The position numbers and the translations under genes are program-made. This document shows, piece after piece, positions 1 through 9,049 of a DNA stretch of 14,881 bases (its first letter is position 1; the number at the start of each line of letters is the position of its first letter). The notes below the pieces were generated by a model. That model saw nothing but the letters and a program-made list of their open reading frames with translations, had not been told where the DNA came from and did no database searches. The stretch is from the IMG/VR virus record IMGVR_UViG_2706794687_000017, one strand, 5' to 3'. This stretch comes from a virus (taxonomy: Duplodnaviria > Heunggongvirae > Uroviricota > Caudoviricetes).

Positions 1-1236
1 CTACGATAACCGCGCATTCAACATGGCTACCTGTTCGTCGTTCATGTCATCAATCCACATACCGTAAATTTCATACACCATCTGCGCAGTTTCATGCCCC
101 ATCTGGCTGGCTATAAACGCCGGGTTCGCTCCTGCCGTCAACAGCCAGCAGGCAAAAGTATGCCGCGTATGGTACGGATTACGGCGGCGAATACCAGCAC
201 GTTTTACTGCTGCATTCCATCTCGCACCCAAACTGCTTACCGAGTAATAAGGTTTCTGTTTTCCGTTACACACTCTGGGCATGAAAACAAAATGCAGTTT
301 TTGCTTTTCGGTTCTGCCGTACTCCCGATGATAAAAAGTGATTTCGCTTTTGCGATGATGCCCGGTCAGTTTGTATTGCTCCTTCAGTGCTTCAAGAGCA
401 GGCTGCAGTAGTGTTACCGTCCGGATCCCCGCATTTGTTTTTGGGGGACCGAACATATCCAGTATCGTCAGGTTTCTTCTGACATTCACAACTCCCTTCT
501 CGAAATCCACATCCTCCCACGCCAGAGCAGCCAGTTCCCCGTGACGAAGCCCGGAGTATACGGCAAATTTCCACAAGTTCTGGCTCTGTCCTTTTTCACT
601 TTCCATTAATGCATTGAATTCTGTTTTAGATAACGGGTCAGGCTTTATTCTGTTTCTCTGTAATTTCTTTACTCCTTCAAATGGTTTGGTTGATATAAAT
701 CCCGACTGATACGCAAAACGTAACAACGAACAGAGCAGGGCGATATAGTTATCAACTGTGCGCACGGTTCTTCCTTTTTTGTTGGATCTTGGATTATCCA
801 GGTAAAGCGTTTCTCCATGCAGCAGTTCATTCCGGTAGTTTAAGATATCGCTATAACGAATATGCGATATCGGAGTACTCTCACAAATTATTATCCTGAG
901 TGTTTTTAATTGTGATTTCGTTTTCTTCATTGTGTTTGTTGTTAACTCTGTTTCTTTAATTTTTGTCCAGATATCACAAAGCTCCCCGAACGTTTTTATG
1001 ACCCTCGTTGTCACCATTTTTGCCCCAGTGCTGGACTGGGGAAAACGTCTTAAATACTCAAACTCACCGGAATTGATTTCATGAACTATCAACGCTCTTA
1101 AATTCCCGGCTTTTTTAATGTTACTGTTAGTAACCTCCCAGCCTTTCAATGTTTCCCGACATCGTTTTCCTCGAAACATGAACCAGATGCGAATGTATTT
1201 ACCTCGAATCTCGACACCTGTTGGTAATTTAGACAT
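1..1236 (-). CDS. intR: Tyrosine-type phage integrase (Rac prophage IntR-like), 411 aa
   Basis: ATG at 1236 (rc of cat 1234-1236), TAG stop at rc of 1-3. Protein begins MSKLPTGVEIRGKYIRIWFMFRGKRCRETLKGW, which I recall as IntR. C-terminal region contains the R...H..R...Y-type recombinase residues (HTRHTFACWLL). Confidence 0.93.
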   Translation of the reverse strand: MSKLPTGVEIRGKYIRIWFMFRGKRCRETLKGWEVTNSNIKKAGNLRALIVHEINSGEFEYLRRFPQSSTGAKMVTTRVIKTFGELCDIWTKIKETELTTNTMKKTKSQLKTLRIIICESTPISHIRYSDILNYRNELLHGETLYLDNPRSNKKGRTVRTVDNYIALLCSLLRFAYQSGFISTKPFEGVKKLQRNRIKPDPLSKTEFNALMESEKGQSQNLWKFAVYSGLRHGELAALAWEDVDFEKGVVNVRRNLTILDMFGPPKTNAGIRTVTLLQPALEALKEQYKLTGHHRKSEITFYHREYGRTEKQKLHFVFMPRVCNGKQKPYYSVSSLGARWNAAVKRAGIRRRNPYHTRHTFACWLLTAGANPAFIASQMGHETAQMVYEIYGMWIDDMNDEQVAMLNARLS

Positions 1237-1237
1237 A

Positions 1238-1423
1238 TCATGAGTCTTTGATAAACTGATTTATCTTTGGATAGTTATACCAGATAATCCCTCGCTTACT
1301 GTCTGGCTTCCCTAAAGGAGATACTCGTTTGAAGTGGAAGCCTTCCACCCAACAGTTCTGGCGGTATGCTTCAATTTGTCTGGCCCCCAGACCAGTGCGA
1401 AGCATCAGGCCGTATTCAACCAT
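1238..1423 (-). CDS. ydaQ: Excisionase-like small protein at the Rac ydaQ position; 5' end may lie in the masked block
   Basis: Sits immediately upstream of int on the same strand; its TGA stop is 1 nt from the int ATG. The reading frame stays open upstream of the ATG at 1423 into the N run, so the true start is uncertain. Assignment rests on position and size, not on a recognised motif. Confidence 0.55.
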   Translation of the reverse strand: MVEYGLMLRTGLGARQIEAYRQNCWVEGFHFKRVSPLGKPDSKRGIIWYNYPKINQFIKDS

Positions 1424-1740
1424 CCACTCTTCATTAAAGNNNNNNNNNNNNNNNNNNNNNNNNNNNNNNNNNNNNNNNNNNNNNNNNNNNNNNNNNNNNN
1501 NNNNNNNNNNNNNNNNNNNNNNNNNNNNNNNNNNNNNNNNNNNNNNNNNNNNNNNNNNNNNNNNNNNNNNNNNNNNNNNNNNNNNNNNNNNNNNNNNNNN
1601 NNNNNNNNNNNNNNNNNNNNNNNNNNNNNNNNNNNNNNNNNNNNNNNNNNNNNNNNNNNNNNNNNNNNNNNNNNNNNNNNNNNNNNNNNNNNNNNNNNNN
1701 NNNNNNNNNNNNNNNNNNNNNNNNNNNNNNNNNNNNNNNN

Positions 1741-1797
1741 TGTCCAGTTAGTAGGAGTGCCACCTTCCTTTTCAATAGTGGCGGTAATTTTATACAT
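1741..1797 (-). CDS. ydaC: YdaC-like protein, N-terminal part only (MYKITATIEKEGGTPTNWT...); the rest lies in masked block 1440-1740
   Basis: ATG at 1797 overlaps the ralR stop (minus-strand ATGTATAA junction). The ORF-track extension upstream to 1869 (MVEVKK...) overlaps ralR and is unlikely to be real. The 3' end cannot be seen. Confidence 0.5.
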
Positions 1798-1984
1798 GAA
1801 CACCTCCATTATTATTTCCAGTGGTTCGTTTATTTCATCGTTCGAGTGCTTCTTTTTCACTTCCACCATAACCGGTTCGGGATTCGCATCCGTTACACTT
1901 CGCTCGGTAATATCCTGAAATGGCTTTCACCGTTACTGATGGACAACCACAAAATGGACATGGTTTAACATTGTCATATCTCAT
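1790..1984 (-). CDS. ralR: Restriction alleviation protein RalR/Lar, 64 aa
   Basis: Hand translation of the minus strand from ATG at 1984: MRYDNVKPCPFCGCPSVTVKAISGYYRAKCNGCESRTGYGGSEKEALERWNKRTTGNNNGGVHV, then TAA. Matches my recollection of Rac Lar. Too short (under 60 aa cutoff) to appear in the ORF track. Confidence 0.85.
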
Positions 1985-2012
1985 AATTTTTCTCATAAAA
2001 ATATTTCAAGTT

Positions 2013-2031
2013 GGCGGTGCATTACACCGCC
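2013..2031. repeat. Perfect 7-bp inverted repeat with 5-nt loop (GGCGGTG-CATTA-CACCGCC) between recT and ralR
   Basis: Read directly from the sequence. On the minus strand it is followed by an A/T-rich stretch. Possible intra-operon attenuator or RNA-processing hairpin. Confidence 0.5.
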
Positions 2032-2039
2032 AGGCTGAA

Positions 2040-2849
2040 TTATTCCTCTGAATTATCGATTACACTGTATTCCCCGGTTAATACAGAGGAATCTGCAGGA
2101 TCGATTGTCAGTGGTTCCTTTTCATCCATTGATACTGCACGCTGGATCTCAATTGATACGGGCAGATATTTGAACAGGCGACGAATAGCCGTTTTCTTTG
2201 CCATTTCTTCCCAGTGAGTTACCCACGGCCCGTTATTACCAGCTTTACTCTGGCTGCGCACCAGCTCAATCTGTTTGCGCGTCATAACTTCAAACTGAGT
2301 ACCTCCGTCTTTCAGTCTTGCGACAGCATAGACGTGGGTAACAGGGGCATCTTCGTTTTCTCCTGGGCGGTGTATTAACTTTTCATCAAGGCCAAATTCG
2401 AAATTAAACTCGTCACCTTCACGGACAACACGGGCTGACAGGCTGGCGATTTGACCTGAACGGCGAGCCAGATCAATCATGCCGCGATAGCCAATGATTA
2501 GCTGAACGTTTTTTTTACCGCTCTTTTCGTTTTTATTACCAAAAGGCAGTAAATATGCATGACCGAGGGCGCTACCGGGCTCAAGTCCGAGCTGTGAACA
2601 CTGTACGATTGCACTGACAAAACTCATAGTGTCACAGTTTCCTAACGCCGGAACTTTACGAATTTCTGTGGTGGCGATACGGATCATACGTTCAGCCGTC
2701 ATATGGCGTGGAAGAGCTGCTGCCAGTTGCTCTTTCATTGATGGCTGGTTAATAAAACTAATCACGTCGTTATTTTTAATTGCTGCTGGTGCACGGTTTC
2801 CCTGAGTTTTTTGCAGATCGGCTTTTGCGATTGGTGGTTGCTTAGTCAT
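2040..2849 (-). CDS. recT: RecT single-strand annealing recombinase, 269 aa
   Basis: Protein from ATG at 2849 begins [35 protein letters not shown], recognised as RecT. The ORF-track start at 2906 is an upstream extension. The start overlaps the recE stop by 8 nt. Confidence 0.93.
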   Translation of the reverse strand: MTKQPPIAKADLQKTQGNRAPAAIKNNDVISFINQPSMKEQLAAALPRHMTAERMIRIATTEIRKVPALGNCDTMSFVSAIVQCSQLGLEPGSALGHAYLLPFGNKNEKSGKKNVQLIIGYRGMIDLARRSGQIASLSARVVREGDEFNFEFGLDEKLIHRPGENEDAPVTHVYAVARLKDGGTQFEVMTRKQIELVRSQSKAGNNGPWVTHWEEMAKKTAIRRLFKYLPVSIEIQRAVSMDEKEPLTIDPADSSVLTGEYSVIDNSEE

Positions 2850-5463
2850 TTGCATATTCCTTAGCCCAGCGGGGCAGTGATAACGTCTTAATAGCTGGCC
2901 ATTCATCGGTATTGAGGCAGTCAGCCAGGGTTCGCAGATTGCGGTGATATTCCAGCTGACCTGCCAGTTTTGCTTCTTCGCCCATCATGAAAATTTCAAC
3001 CGGATAACGTCCGCATTCAATAGTTGTGCTGGCAACCAGAAAAACGAAAGTTGGCTGCACTCCAAACTGTGCTTCATAACCGTCACTGTAGAATGCATCC
3101 TGAACGTGATAGCGGTAGTCGTAATAAGCGGTTTTGAATCGTTGAATATCCGCCGTAGTTTTCACGTCCATGATCCAGTGAAATTCAGGGATAATTTTGT
3201 CCGGACGGCACCGACACAAAATTGCTGTTTCAGGATCTTCCCAGTAAATTGATGATTCAGCGTGTCCGGCGCTTTCAACAAGCCATTGCCCCAGCGGCAA
3301 AGCCATAACGCTCTGATACATGAGTTCAATTTTCCGGCCTTCTTCGGCAGTGATAACCGTTTTTCCTGTGCTTGCGCATTCCCTCAGAAACGCTTTCTCT
3401 TCTTCTTTTCCGGAGTTTGTCCGGCGGTTAAATTCAGGTGCTACGATAAAGCGGTTACTGAATTCTTCCGGCTCAAGTACCCGGCAGTGGAAAGCGGTTC
3501 CTAAATCGAGCGTTTTTGTCTTTGTGGTGTCCACGGGGGCATTTTTACGCCACAAATACAGTGCCGGAGTATCAGCAATGTCATCGAGCTGAGACTTACT
3601 GACACCGGGACCCGCGTGGTAATTCTCATTCGAAATTCCGTAATAAATACCTGGCTCTATGTCTTCTACGATTACGGGATCTGCGACTTCGCCAGTTTCA
3701 TCACTGCAATCGCGATGCGGATCGCTGCCAGCATTCTCATTGTGCNNNNNNNNNNNNNNNNNNNNNNNNNNNNNNNNNNNNNNNNNNNNNNNNNNNNNNN
3801 NNNNNNNNNNNNNNNNNNNNNNNNNNNNNNNNNNNNNNNNNNNNNNNNNNNNNNNNNNNNNNNNNNNNNNNNNNNNNNNNNNNNNNNNNNNNNNNNNNNN
3901 NNNNNNNNNNNNNNNNNNNNNNNNNNNNNNNNNNNNNNNNNNNNNNNNNNNNNNNNNNNNNNNNNNNNNNNNNNNNNNNNNNNNNNNNNNNNNNNNNNNN
4001 NNNNNNNNNNNNNNNNNNNNNCCCTTTACCCATTTCGGATCGTTCGGGTCGCTAATTCCGTCAACAAATTCACCACGTGATGCAGCAAGCAATTTATCGG
4101 CATCGACAGGATTTTTTGATGGAATGTTTTTCCGGGCTTCATGGAGTTCTGCCCGCAGTTCCTGATATTTCGCATCAACAGAATTTACCTGTGACTGAGC
4201 ATCCAGCGGCTGCGTGTCCTGATGATGTTCAGTTGCGTCCGGTTCCATTGTTTCAGCCTCTCCCTGTTCAACTGCCGTTGTTCCAGATGGTTGCGGTTTT
4301 TCTTCATCATCCTGTTTTCCTTCTTCTGTTACTCGCTGCGGCATCGGGGCAGAGGAGCGACCGCAGGCAATATCCACGATTTCCGGATCAGGGTTGGCAT
4401 GATCGGTTTCAGTCAGTACTTTGTTCAGATATTCAGTGACGTGCGCGGGGATGACCTCGATCCCAATTGGTGCTTCTTTTACGGACGCAACCACGATGGC
4501 GCGGGAATAATCCAGCCCGCCAGGCATGGTGATGAATTTGTCGCGGAAAACAGAAAAGGGCGGTTTATTTTCAGCGATAATTTCCTCAATGCGTTTAGCG
4601 TGTGCCGGATGAAGGTTATAGATGTCCAGATCCATTGAACGGGCCAGTACGCCAGTGGCTACGTCCCGCGCCAGTGACGTCAGATCGTGTACGAAACCTT
4701 CGCCGCGATCGGTGAGGTTTCCGCCGCCAGCATTAGCACCGGAAGCCGTGCGAGTGATGTGTGAAACACGATTACCCTTCATCCACTCTTTTGTCAGCAG
4801 TCCTCGATCGGTGTAGTCAGCGTTCAGGTATGCTTCGAAAAAAGCAGTTATCAGTCCCAGGTTTGAATTACCAGGATTAGGGAAAACTTTGTCAGTGTCA
4901 CGAACCAGTTTGTGGAGTTCGCGAATTTCCAGCGGGTCGAGCAGGCTGGTTTTGTGGGAAACAGCCAGGGCAGTAACAGCCGGTAGTTCTTCAGCCCGAG
5001 CAATGTGTAATGCCTGGAGTCCGTCGCGTGAAACGTGCGTTACCGGTTTTTCGCTGCCGTGTTGAGCAAGCCAACGAATGGGCAGTTCCTGGCCAGAAAT
5101 TGGGAGTAGCATATTCTCCTCAATCTCAGTCATGTCTTCGCCGTTGACGTTGGTATTGCCTTGATAGTGAGCGTTGTCTGGTGCTGCTCCCGGTTTTAGT
5201 TCCCATGTCATGGAGTCTTTGCTGAGTTGATAGCGTTCACTCCAGGTAAAATCGATCTCACCTTCAGCGGGCAGGTCATTAACGACAGGAAAATTCGTGG
5301 CAACAGCTTTAAAATAGCTGCTCAGTTTTTTACCTGACTTAACGATCAGGTAGTCCAGAGTGGCACAGGTCGATTCAAAATCGTTGCTTGCCCACAGGAC
5401 GACGTCAGGTTCACCGGATGATTTTTTCGCTTTCCGTAACAGGAAGAGTGGTTTTGTGCTCAT
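2842..5463 (-). CDS. recE: RecE exonuclease VIII, 873 aa; internal bases 3746-4021 are masked
   Basis: ATG at 5463. N-terminus [41 protein letters not shown] and C-terminus ...[13 protein letters not shown] are recognised as RecE. The frame is continuous across the 276-nt mask (a multiple of 3). Confidence 0.93.
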   Translation of the reverse strand: MSTKPLFLLRKAKKSSGEPDVVLWASNDFESTCATLDYLIVKSGKKLSSYFKAVATNFPVVNDLPAEGEIDFTWSERYQLSKDSMTWELKPGAAPDNAHYQGNTNVNGEDMTEIEENMLLPISGQELPIRWLAQHGSEKPVTHVSRDGLQALHIARAEELPAVTALAVSHKTSLLDPLEIRELHKLVRDTDKVFPNPGNSNLGLITAFFEAYLNADYTDRGLLTKEWMKGNRVSHITRTASGANAGGGNLTDRGEGFVHDLTSLARDVATGVLARSMDLDIYNLHPAHAKRIEEIIAENKPPFSVFRDKFITMPGGLDYSRAIVVASVKEAPIGIEVIPAHVTEYLNKVLTETDHANPDPEIVDIACGRSSAPMPQRVTEEGKQDDEEKPQPSGTTAVEQGEAETMEPDATEHHQDTQPLDAQSQVNSVDAKYQELRAELHEARKNIPSKNPVDADKLLAASRGEFVDGISDPNDPKWVKXXXXXXXXXXXXXXXXXXXXXXXXXXXXXXXXXXXXXXXXXXXXXXXXXXXXXXXXXXXXXXXXXXXXXXXXXXXXXXXXXXXXXXXXXXXXXHNENAGSDPHRDCSDETGEVADPVIVEDIEPGIYYGISNENYHAGPGVSKSQLDDIADTPALYLWRKNAPVDTTKTKTLDLGTAFHCRVLEPEEFSNRFIVAPEFNRRTNSGKEEEKAFLRECASTGKTVITAEEGRKIELMYQSVMALPLGQWLVESAGHAESSIYWEDPETAILCRCRPDKIIPEFHWIMDVKTTADIQRFKTAYYDYRYHVQDAFYSDGYEAQFGVQPTFVFLVASTTIECGRYPVEIFMMGEEAKLAGQLEYHRNLRTLADCLNTDEWPAIKTLSLPRWAKEYAND

Positions 5464-5534
5464 TGTTTTTTAACCTCAACTCAGATTAAAATTCGTTTTG
5501 TTCAGTGAATGATCTTGCCGGATACACACTGTTC

Positions 5535-5559
5535 ATAGCCTGCGCCATACGCAGGCTAT
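5535..5559. repeat. Perfect 10-bp inverted repeat with 5-nt loop (ATAGCCTGCG-CCATA-CGCAGGCTAT) between racC and recE
   Basis: Read directly from the sequence. Followed on the plus strand by TTCTTTC. Lies in the racC-recE intergenic region. Confidence 0.6.
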
Positions 5560-5564
5560 TTCTT

Positions 5565-5840
5565 TCAGATTTCACCTTTTAATTTCATTGCAATTAGAGT
5601 TGCCAGAAATTCGGCTTTTTTTTCTGCGGGCAGATTCTTTCCGATATGCACCAGGCACATTTTTTTGACACCTTCATCAAGTGTTTTTACGTTGCCTGAT
5701 GGACCATCGATATCAACCACAGTGAATGGGGTTTCTTTATTTTCTGTTTTAATTACGTAGCCAATGCGCTTTCCTTCCAGATTCACCTCGTGAACAATGT
5801 CATCGGTAGTTACAACAGTGGCTTCATAATTGGTAATCAT
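5565..5840 (-). CDS. racC: RacC, small Rac prophage protein, 91 aa
   Basis: ATG at 5840 preceded by AGGAG (rc of 5845-5849). Protein MITNYEATVVTTDDIVHEVNLEGKRIGYVIKTENKETPFTVVDIDGPSGNV recognised as RacC. The ORF-track start at 5888 is an upstream extension. Confidence 0.88.
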   Translation of the reverse strand: MITNYEATVVTTDDIVHEVNLEGKRIGYVIKTENKETPFTVVDIDGPSGNVKTLDEGVKKMCLVHIGKNLPAEKKAEFLATLIAMKLKGEI

Positions 5841-5914
5841 GTTTTTCTCCTTAATTAAGGTTGAGCGAATACCTGCCATTTCTGGCATAAATTCAGTTTC
5901 GAATAGTCAATTAA

Positions 5915-6085
5915 TTAAAGTTCATGTGCCATCTGGTCTTTTTCGGCACAAGCTTCACTGCAATATTTTCTCGGTTCGTCTTTTGATAAAATCCCGTGCA
6001 TGAAGTGAAGCATTCTTTCAATAGCTTTGCTTTCTTCAACGTCTTTTTTGCAAAGGTGGTAAGCACATTTTATTTTCTTAGTCAT
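5915..6085 (-). CDS. ydaE: YdaE, small protein with paired Cys motifs, 56 aa
   Basis: Hand translation: [56 protein letters not shown], with C-x4-C and C-x3-C pairs. Its ATG overlaps the kilR TGA stop (minus-strand TGATG). An alternative in-frame ATG lies 2 codons upstream at 6091. Below the ORF-track size cutoff. Confidence 0.82.
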   Translation of the reverse strand: MTKKIKCAYHLCKKDVEESKAIERMLHFMHGILSKDEPRKYCSEACAEKDQMAHEL

Positions 6086-6306
6086 CACCATGACTCCGCC
6101 TTTACAGGTAAACCATCACGACCGAGGAAGACTTTAATCATGCGGTCAGTAATGCATGTTTTTGTGGTCAGGTTACGAATATATAGTTTTCGCTTTTTAA
6201 TATTGTTTGCCGAGGCAATATATGTCCGGCCTTCATGAAGAACATAATCGCCAGGAGTCACACACTGACGTGGTATTTCATCAGTTCCGAAGTGATGTGC
6301 AATCAT
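6085..6306 (-). CDS. kilR: KilR, prophage killing protein (cell-division/FtsZ inhibitor), 73 aa
   Basis: ATG at 6306 with GGAG 7 nt upstream. Protein [49 protein letters not shown] recognised as KilR. Confidence 0.9.
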   Translation of the reverse strand: MIAHHFGTDEIPRQCVTPGDYVLHEGRTYIASANNIKKRKLYIRNLTTKTCITDRMIKVFLGRDGLPVKAESW

Positions 6307-6747
6307 AATTATCTCCATTTTTACAAATGAACTTTGTTGATGCGGTGCCTGGTGCCTCCAGGTGACTGCAACCAGTTAACAATTACAGTCGGCTTTCCCA
6401 CCCAAACCAATAAGGACTAACATGACTTTTAACTGTGCCACGTGCGCTTAGCCGCATTCACCGCATCACAAAATTCACTTTAAAAAGGGCGGACATCAGC
6501 CGAACTTCAAGAAAAAAACTGATGCCGCCAGGACTACACACAGCAATGTCGTTATTTACAACCGGAGGCGCACTCCCACCATTTAAATTTAACAGACAAG
6601 ACCGACTCTTTATGGATATCGGAAATGCGCCTTCGTGTTGTGCCCGGTTTTATTTCACCACCTCCGGGCTTCGGTGGTCTCGGCTATACCCCTACAGCGA
6701 GAGCTTGTGTTAACATTTCAATACCCTTACAGTTGAGAGTTATTGAT
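6307..6747. promoter_or_regulatory. Divergent kilR / sieB intergenic control region (about 440 bp, no credible ORF)
   Basis: Lies between the 5' ends of oppositely oriented kilR and sieB. Contains an imperfect inverted repeat (6489-6499 gcggacatcag / 6519-6529 ctgatgccgcc) and a TTAACA hexamer upstream of sieB. Individual promoter elements are not confidently assigned. Confidence 0.45.
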
Positions 6748-7236
6748 ATGTTGGATGTATTTACTCCATTGTTGAAACTTTTTGCTAACGAGCCACTCGA
6801 AATACTTATGTATACGATTATCATTTTTGGTCTCACTCTCTGGCTGATACCGAAAGAGTTTACTGTCGCATTCAATGCTTATACTGAAATACCTTGGCTC
6901 TTTCAGATTATCGTTTTTGCCTTTTCTTTCGTGGTCGCCATTTCCTTCTCAAGATTGCGAGCACATATTCAAAAGCATTATTCATTACTACCAGAGCAAC
7001 GAGTATTGCTTCGTTTATCTGAGAAAGAAATCGCTGTATTTAAAGATTTCCTTAAAACAGGAAATCTTATTATCACTTCTCCTTGCCGTAACCCGGTTAT
7101 GAAAAAATTAGAACGGAAGGGCATCATTCAACATCAGAGTGATAGCGCAAACTGTTCTTATTATCTCGTCACCGAAAAATACTCCCATTTTATGAAGTTA
7201 TTCTGGAACAGCAGGAGTAGACGTTTTAATCGTTAG
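6748..7236 (+). CDS. sieB: SieB superinfection exclusion protein, 162 aa, membrane protein
   Basis: ATG at 6748. Protein MLDVFTPLLKLFANEPLEILMYTIIIFGLTLWLIPKEF recognised as Rac SieB. Hydrophobic segments are visible. The ORF-track start at 6625 is an upstream extension. Confidence 0.9.
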   Translation: MLDVFTPLLKLFANEPLEILMYTIIIFGLTLWLIPKEFTVAFNAYTEIPWLFQIIVFAFSFVVAISFSRLRAHIQKHYSLLPEQRVLLRLSEKEIAVFKDFLKTGNLIITSPCRNPVMKKLERKGIIQHQSDSANCSYYLVTEKYSHFMKLFWNSRSRRFNR

Positions 7237-7534
7237 CTNNNNNNNNNNNNNNNNNNNNNNNNNNNNNNNNNNNNNNNNNNNNNNNNNNNNNNNNNNNNNN
7301 NNNNNNNNNNNNNNNNNNNNNNNNNNNNNNNNNNNNNNNNNNNNNNNNNNNNNNNNNNNNNNNNNNNNNNNNNNNNNNNNNNNNNNNNNNNNNNNNNNNN
7401 NNNNNNNNNNNNNNNNNNNNNNNNNNNNNNNNNNNNNNNNNNNNNNNNNNNNNNNNNNNNNNNNNNNNNNNNNNNNNNNNNNNNNNNNNNNNNNNNNNNN
7501 NNNNNNNNNNNNNNNNNNNNNNNNNNNNNNNNNN

Positions 7535-7580
7535 TACCGCAACAATCCATCAAATACTGAACTACTTCGTAATGCACCAT
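7535..7580 (-). CDS. 5' end of an unidentified small prophage gene (MVHYEVVQYLMDCCG...) running into masked block 7239-7534; ydaF/ydaG neighbourhood
   Basis: ATG at 7580 (rc of cat 7578-7580) preceded by a strong SD, AAGGGGAG (rc of 7588-7595), at 7-nt spacing. The rest is masked. Confidence 0.4.
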
Positions 7581-7783
7581 CTTATCTCTCCCCTTAACGC
7601 CGGGTGGCGGAACTGAAACCTGCTGCACTGCAAAATCTGAACCCTGCCGTCATGTTCATACGCCTCGGGCTGGCTACTTAACCCCTGACCACTGCCTGGT
7701 AACTCGAAGTATTGCCCTGCGTTCTGTGGGGCGGGGTGGGTTGGTAGGTATATAATGTACTTTGTGTTCATTGATGTAAAGTA

Positions 7784-8284
7784 CTATAAGTACATTTTGT
7801 GTGTAAAAAAATGAGATGGGATAAAGTGAAGCACAAACCCGGAGGGGGACGCTANNNNNNNNNNNNNNNNNNNNNNNNNNNNNNNNNNNNNNNNNNNNNN
7901 NNNNNNNNNNNNNNNNNNNNNNNNNNNNNNNNNNNNNNNNNNNNNNNNNNNNNNNNNNNNNNNNNNNNNNNNNNNNNNNNNNNNNNNNNNNNNNNNNNNN
8001 NNNNNNNNNNNNNNNNNNNNNNNNNNNNNNNNNNNNNNNNNNNNNNNNNNNNNNNNNNNNNNNNNNNNNNNNNNNNNNNNNNNNNNNNNNNNNNNNNNNN
8101 NNNNNNNNNNNNNNTCTCGGCGAGGAATTGTTTCGCCATTAAACCATTTGCTAACCGCTTTTGGTGTTAATTTCATTCGACGGGCAATTTCTGCCTGCCT
8201 TCCATGTTGTTCATAACCAGCGTTTTCACAGGCTAGCGCAAGCCTACTGGCGAACTCTTTACGCGCTTTATCTTCATGAACCAT
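7784..8284 (-). CDS. racR: RacR-like prophage repressor (XRE-family HTH); bases 7855-8114 masked, 3' end uncertain
   Basis: N-terminus MVHEDKARKEFASRLALACENAGYEQHGRQAEIARRMKLTPKAVSKWFNGETIP has a helix-turn-helix signature and is divergent from the cro-like ydaS. No SD precedes the ATG at 8284, so the transcript may be leaderless. The end coordinate assumes frame continuity across the mask. Confidence 0.6.
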   Translation of the reverse strand: MVHEDKARKEFASRLALACENAGYEQHGRQAEIARRMKLTPKAVSKWFNGETIPRRXXXXXXXXXXXXXXXXXXXXXXXXXXXXXXXXXXXXXXXXXXXXXXXXXXXXXXXXXXXXXXXXXXXXXXXXXXXXXXXXXXXXXXXXASPSGFVLHFIPSHFFTHKMYL

Positions 8285-8363
8285 AAGTTCAATGATATTC
8301 ACTCTTGAATGTACTGTCAGTTCTGTTATAGCATGTACTCAAAGTTCACATTGTGAGGGTGAT
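8285..8363. promoter_or_regulatory. racR / ydaS divergent immunity-switch region with repeated ATGTACT heptamers (candidate operator half-sites)
   Basis: Short intergenic region between divergent repressor-like and cro-like genes. ATGTACT occurs at 8309-8315 and 8333-8339. Confidence 0.5.
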
Positions 8364-8618
8364 ATGAACCAGAAAACACTTGAAGATGTAATCAAAACTG
8401 TTCGCGTTTCTGTTGTGGCCGACGTTTGTGGTGTCAGCCAAAGAGCAATCTACAAATGGATGGATAACGGAAAATTGCCTCGCACAGAATATACCGGCGA
8501 AACAAATTACGCTGAAAAAATCGCTCATGCATCAAACGGATTATTTTCTGCTGATGTAATTTTAACTATTGGCAGAAATAAAACTACTACGAAAAAGCTG
8601 ATGGGAGTTGATTCATGA
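8364..8618 (+). CDS. ydaS: YdaS, Cro-like HTH protein, 84 aa
   Basis: ATG at 8364 with GAGGGTGA upstream. Protein MNQKTLEDVIKTVRVSVVADVCGVSQRAIYKWMDNGKLPRTEY recognised as YdaS. Its stop overlaps the ydaT start (ATGA). Confidence 0.88.
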   Translation: MNQKTLEDVIKTVRVSVVADVCGVSQRAIYKWMDNGKLPRTEYTGETNYAEKIAHASNGLFSADVILTIGRNKTTTKKLMGVDS

Positions 8619-9037
8619 AAATCAAGCATGAGCACATCGAGTCAGTGTTGTTAGCCCTGGCAGCCGAAAAAGGGCAGGCATGGGTAGCCAATGCCATTAC
8701 TGAAGAATATCTGCGCCAGGGGGGCGGCGAATTGCCCCTGGTACCAGGCAAGGACTGGAATAATCAGCAGAATATCTATCACCGTTGGTTGAAAGGTGAA
8801 ACGAAAACGCAAAGAGAAAAAATTCAGAAGCTGATCCCAGCAATTCTGGCAATCCTTCCGCGCGAGCTGCGTCACCGACTCTGCATCTTCGATACCCTGG
8901 AACGCCGTGCATTACTGGCGGCGCAGGAAGCGTTAAGTACGGCAATTGATGCGCATGATGATGCAGTCCAAGCCGTTTACCGGAAAGCGCATTTCAGCGG
9001 CGGCGGGTCTTCCGACGATTCTGTCATTGTTCATTAA
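8615..9037 (+). CDS. ydaT: YdaT, CII-like early regulator, 140 aa
   Basis: ATG at 8615. Protein MKIKHEHIESVLLALAAEKGQAWVANAITEEYLRQ recognised as YdaT. Confidence 0.88.
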   Translation: MKIKHEHIESVLLALAAEKGQAWVANAITEEYLRQGGGELPLVPGKDWNNQQNIYHRWLKGETKTQREKIQKLIPAILAILPRELRHRLCIFDTLERRALLAAQEALSTAIDAHDDAVQAVYRKAHFSGGGSSDDSVIVH

Positions 9038-9049
9038 GCAAAAGTTTCC

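Noticed and set aside
94-574. ORFs 94-411 (+) and 392-574 (-) within the integrase
   Set aside because: Antisense to, or out-of-frame within, the recognised integrase CDS.
1329-1918. ORF-track entries running through N blocks (1329-1751, 1334-1918, 1434-1775, 3616-4080, 3659-4165, 3737-4033, 7198-7545, 7233-7628 upstream portion, 7799-8170, 7852-8139)
   Set aside because: Their length is made of X residues from masked sequence. There is no evidence of coding. Only the visible parts that coincide with recognised genes were used.
2944-4816. Plus-strand ORFs inside recE (2944-3252, 3262-3504, 3320-3592, 4077-4439, 4222-4638, 4622-4816)
   Set aside because: Antisense to a confidently recognised long gene (recE). 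No start signals. Typical shadow ORFs.
5996-6238. Plus-strand 80-aa ORF overlapping ydaE and kilR
   Set aside because: Antisense to two recognised small genes. Implausible composition (poly-Phe stretches).
6435-6747. ORF 6435-6713 and the 41-codon N-terminal extension of sieB (6625-6747)
   Set aside because: The recognised SieB begins at ATG 6748. The extension lies in the divergent regulatory region.
7562-7771. 69-aa minus-strand ORF (MNTKYIIYLPTHPAPQNAGQYFELPG...)
   Set aside because: No SD before its ATG. It overlaps the better-supported start at 7580 (strong SD) in another frame and runs through the motif-rich region. It may still be a real small gene (ydaG/ydaF neighbourhood), but I cannot support it.
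1440-8114. Four N runs (1440-1740, 3746-4021, 7239-7534, 7855-8114) as possible assembly gaps or biological features
   Set aside because: They are masking, not sequence features. The recE frame is preserved across its block, suggesting exact-length masking. Nothing inside can be interpreted.
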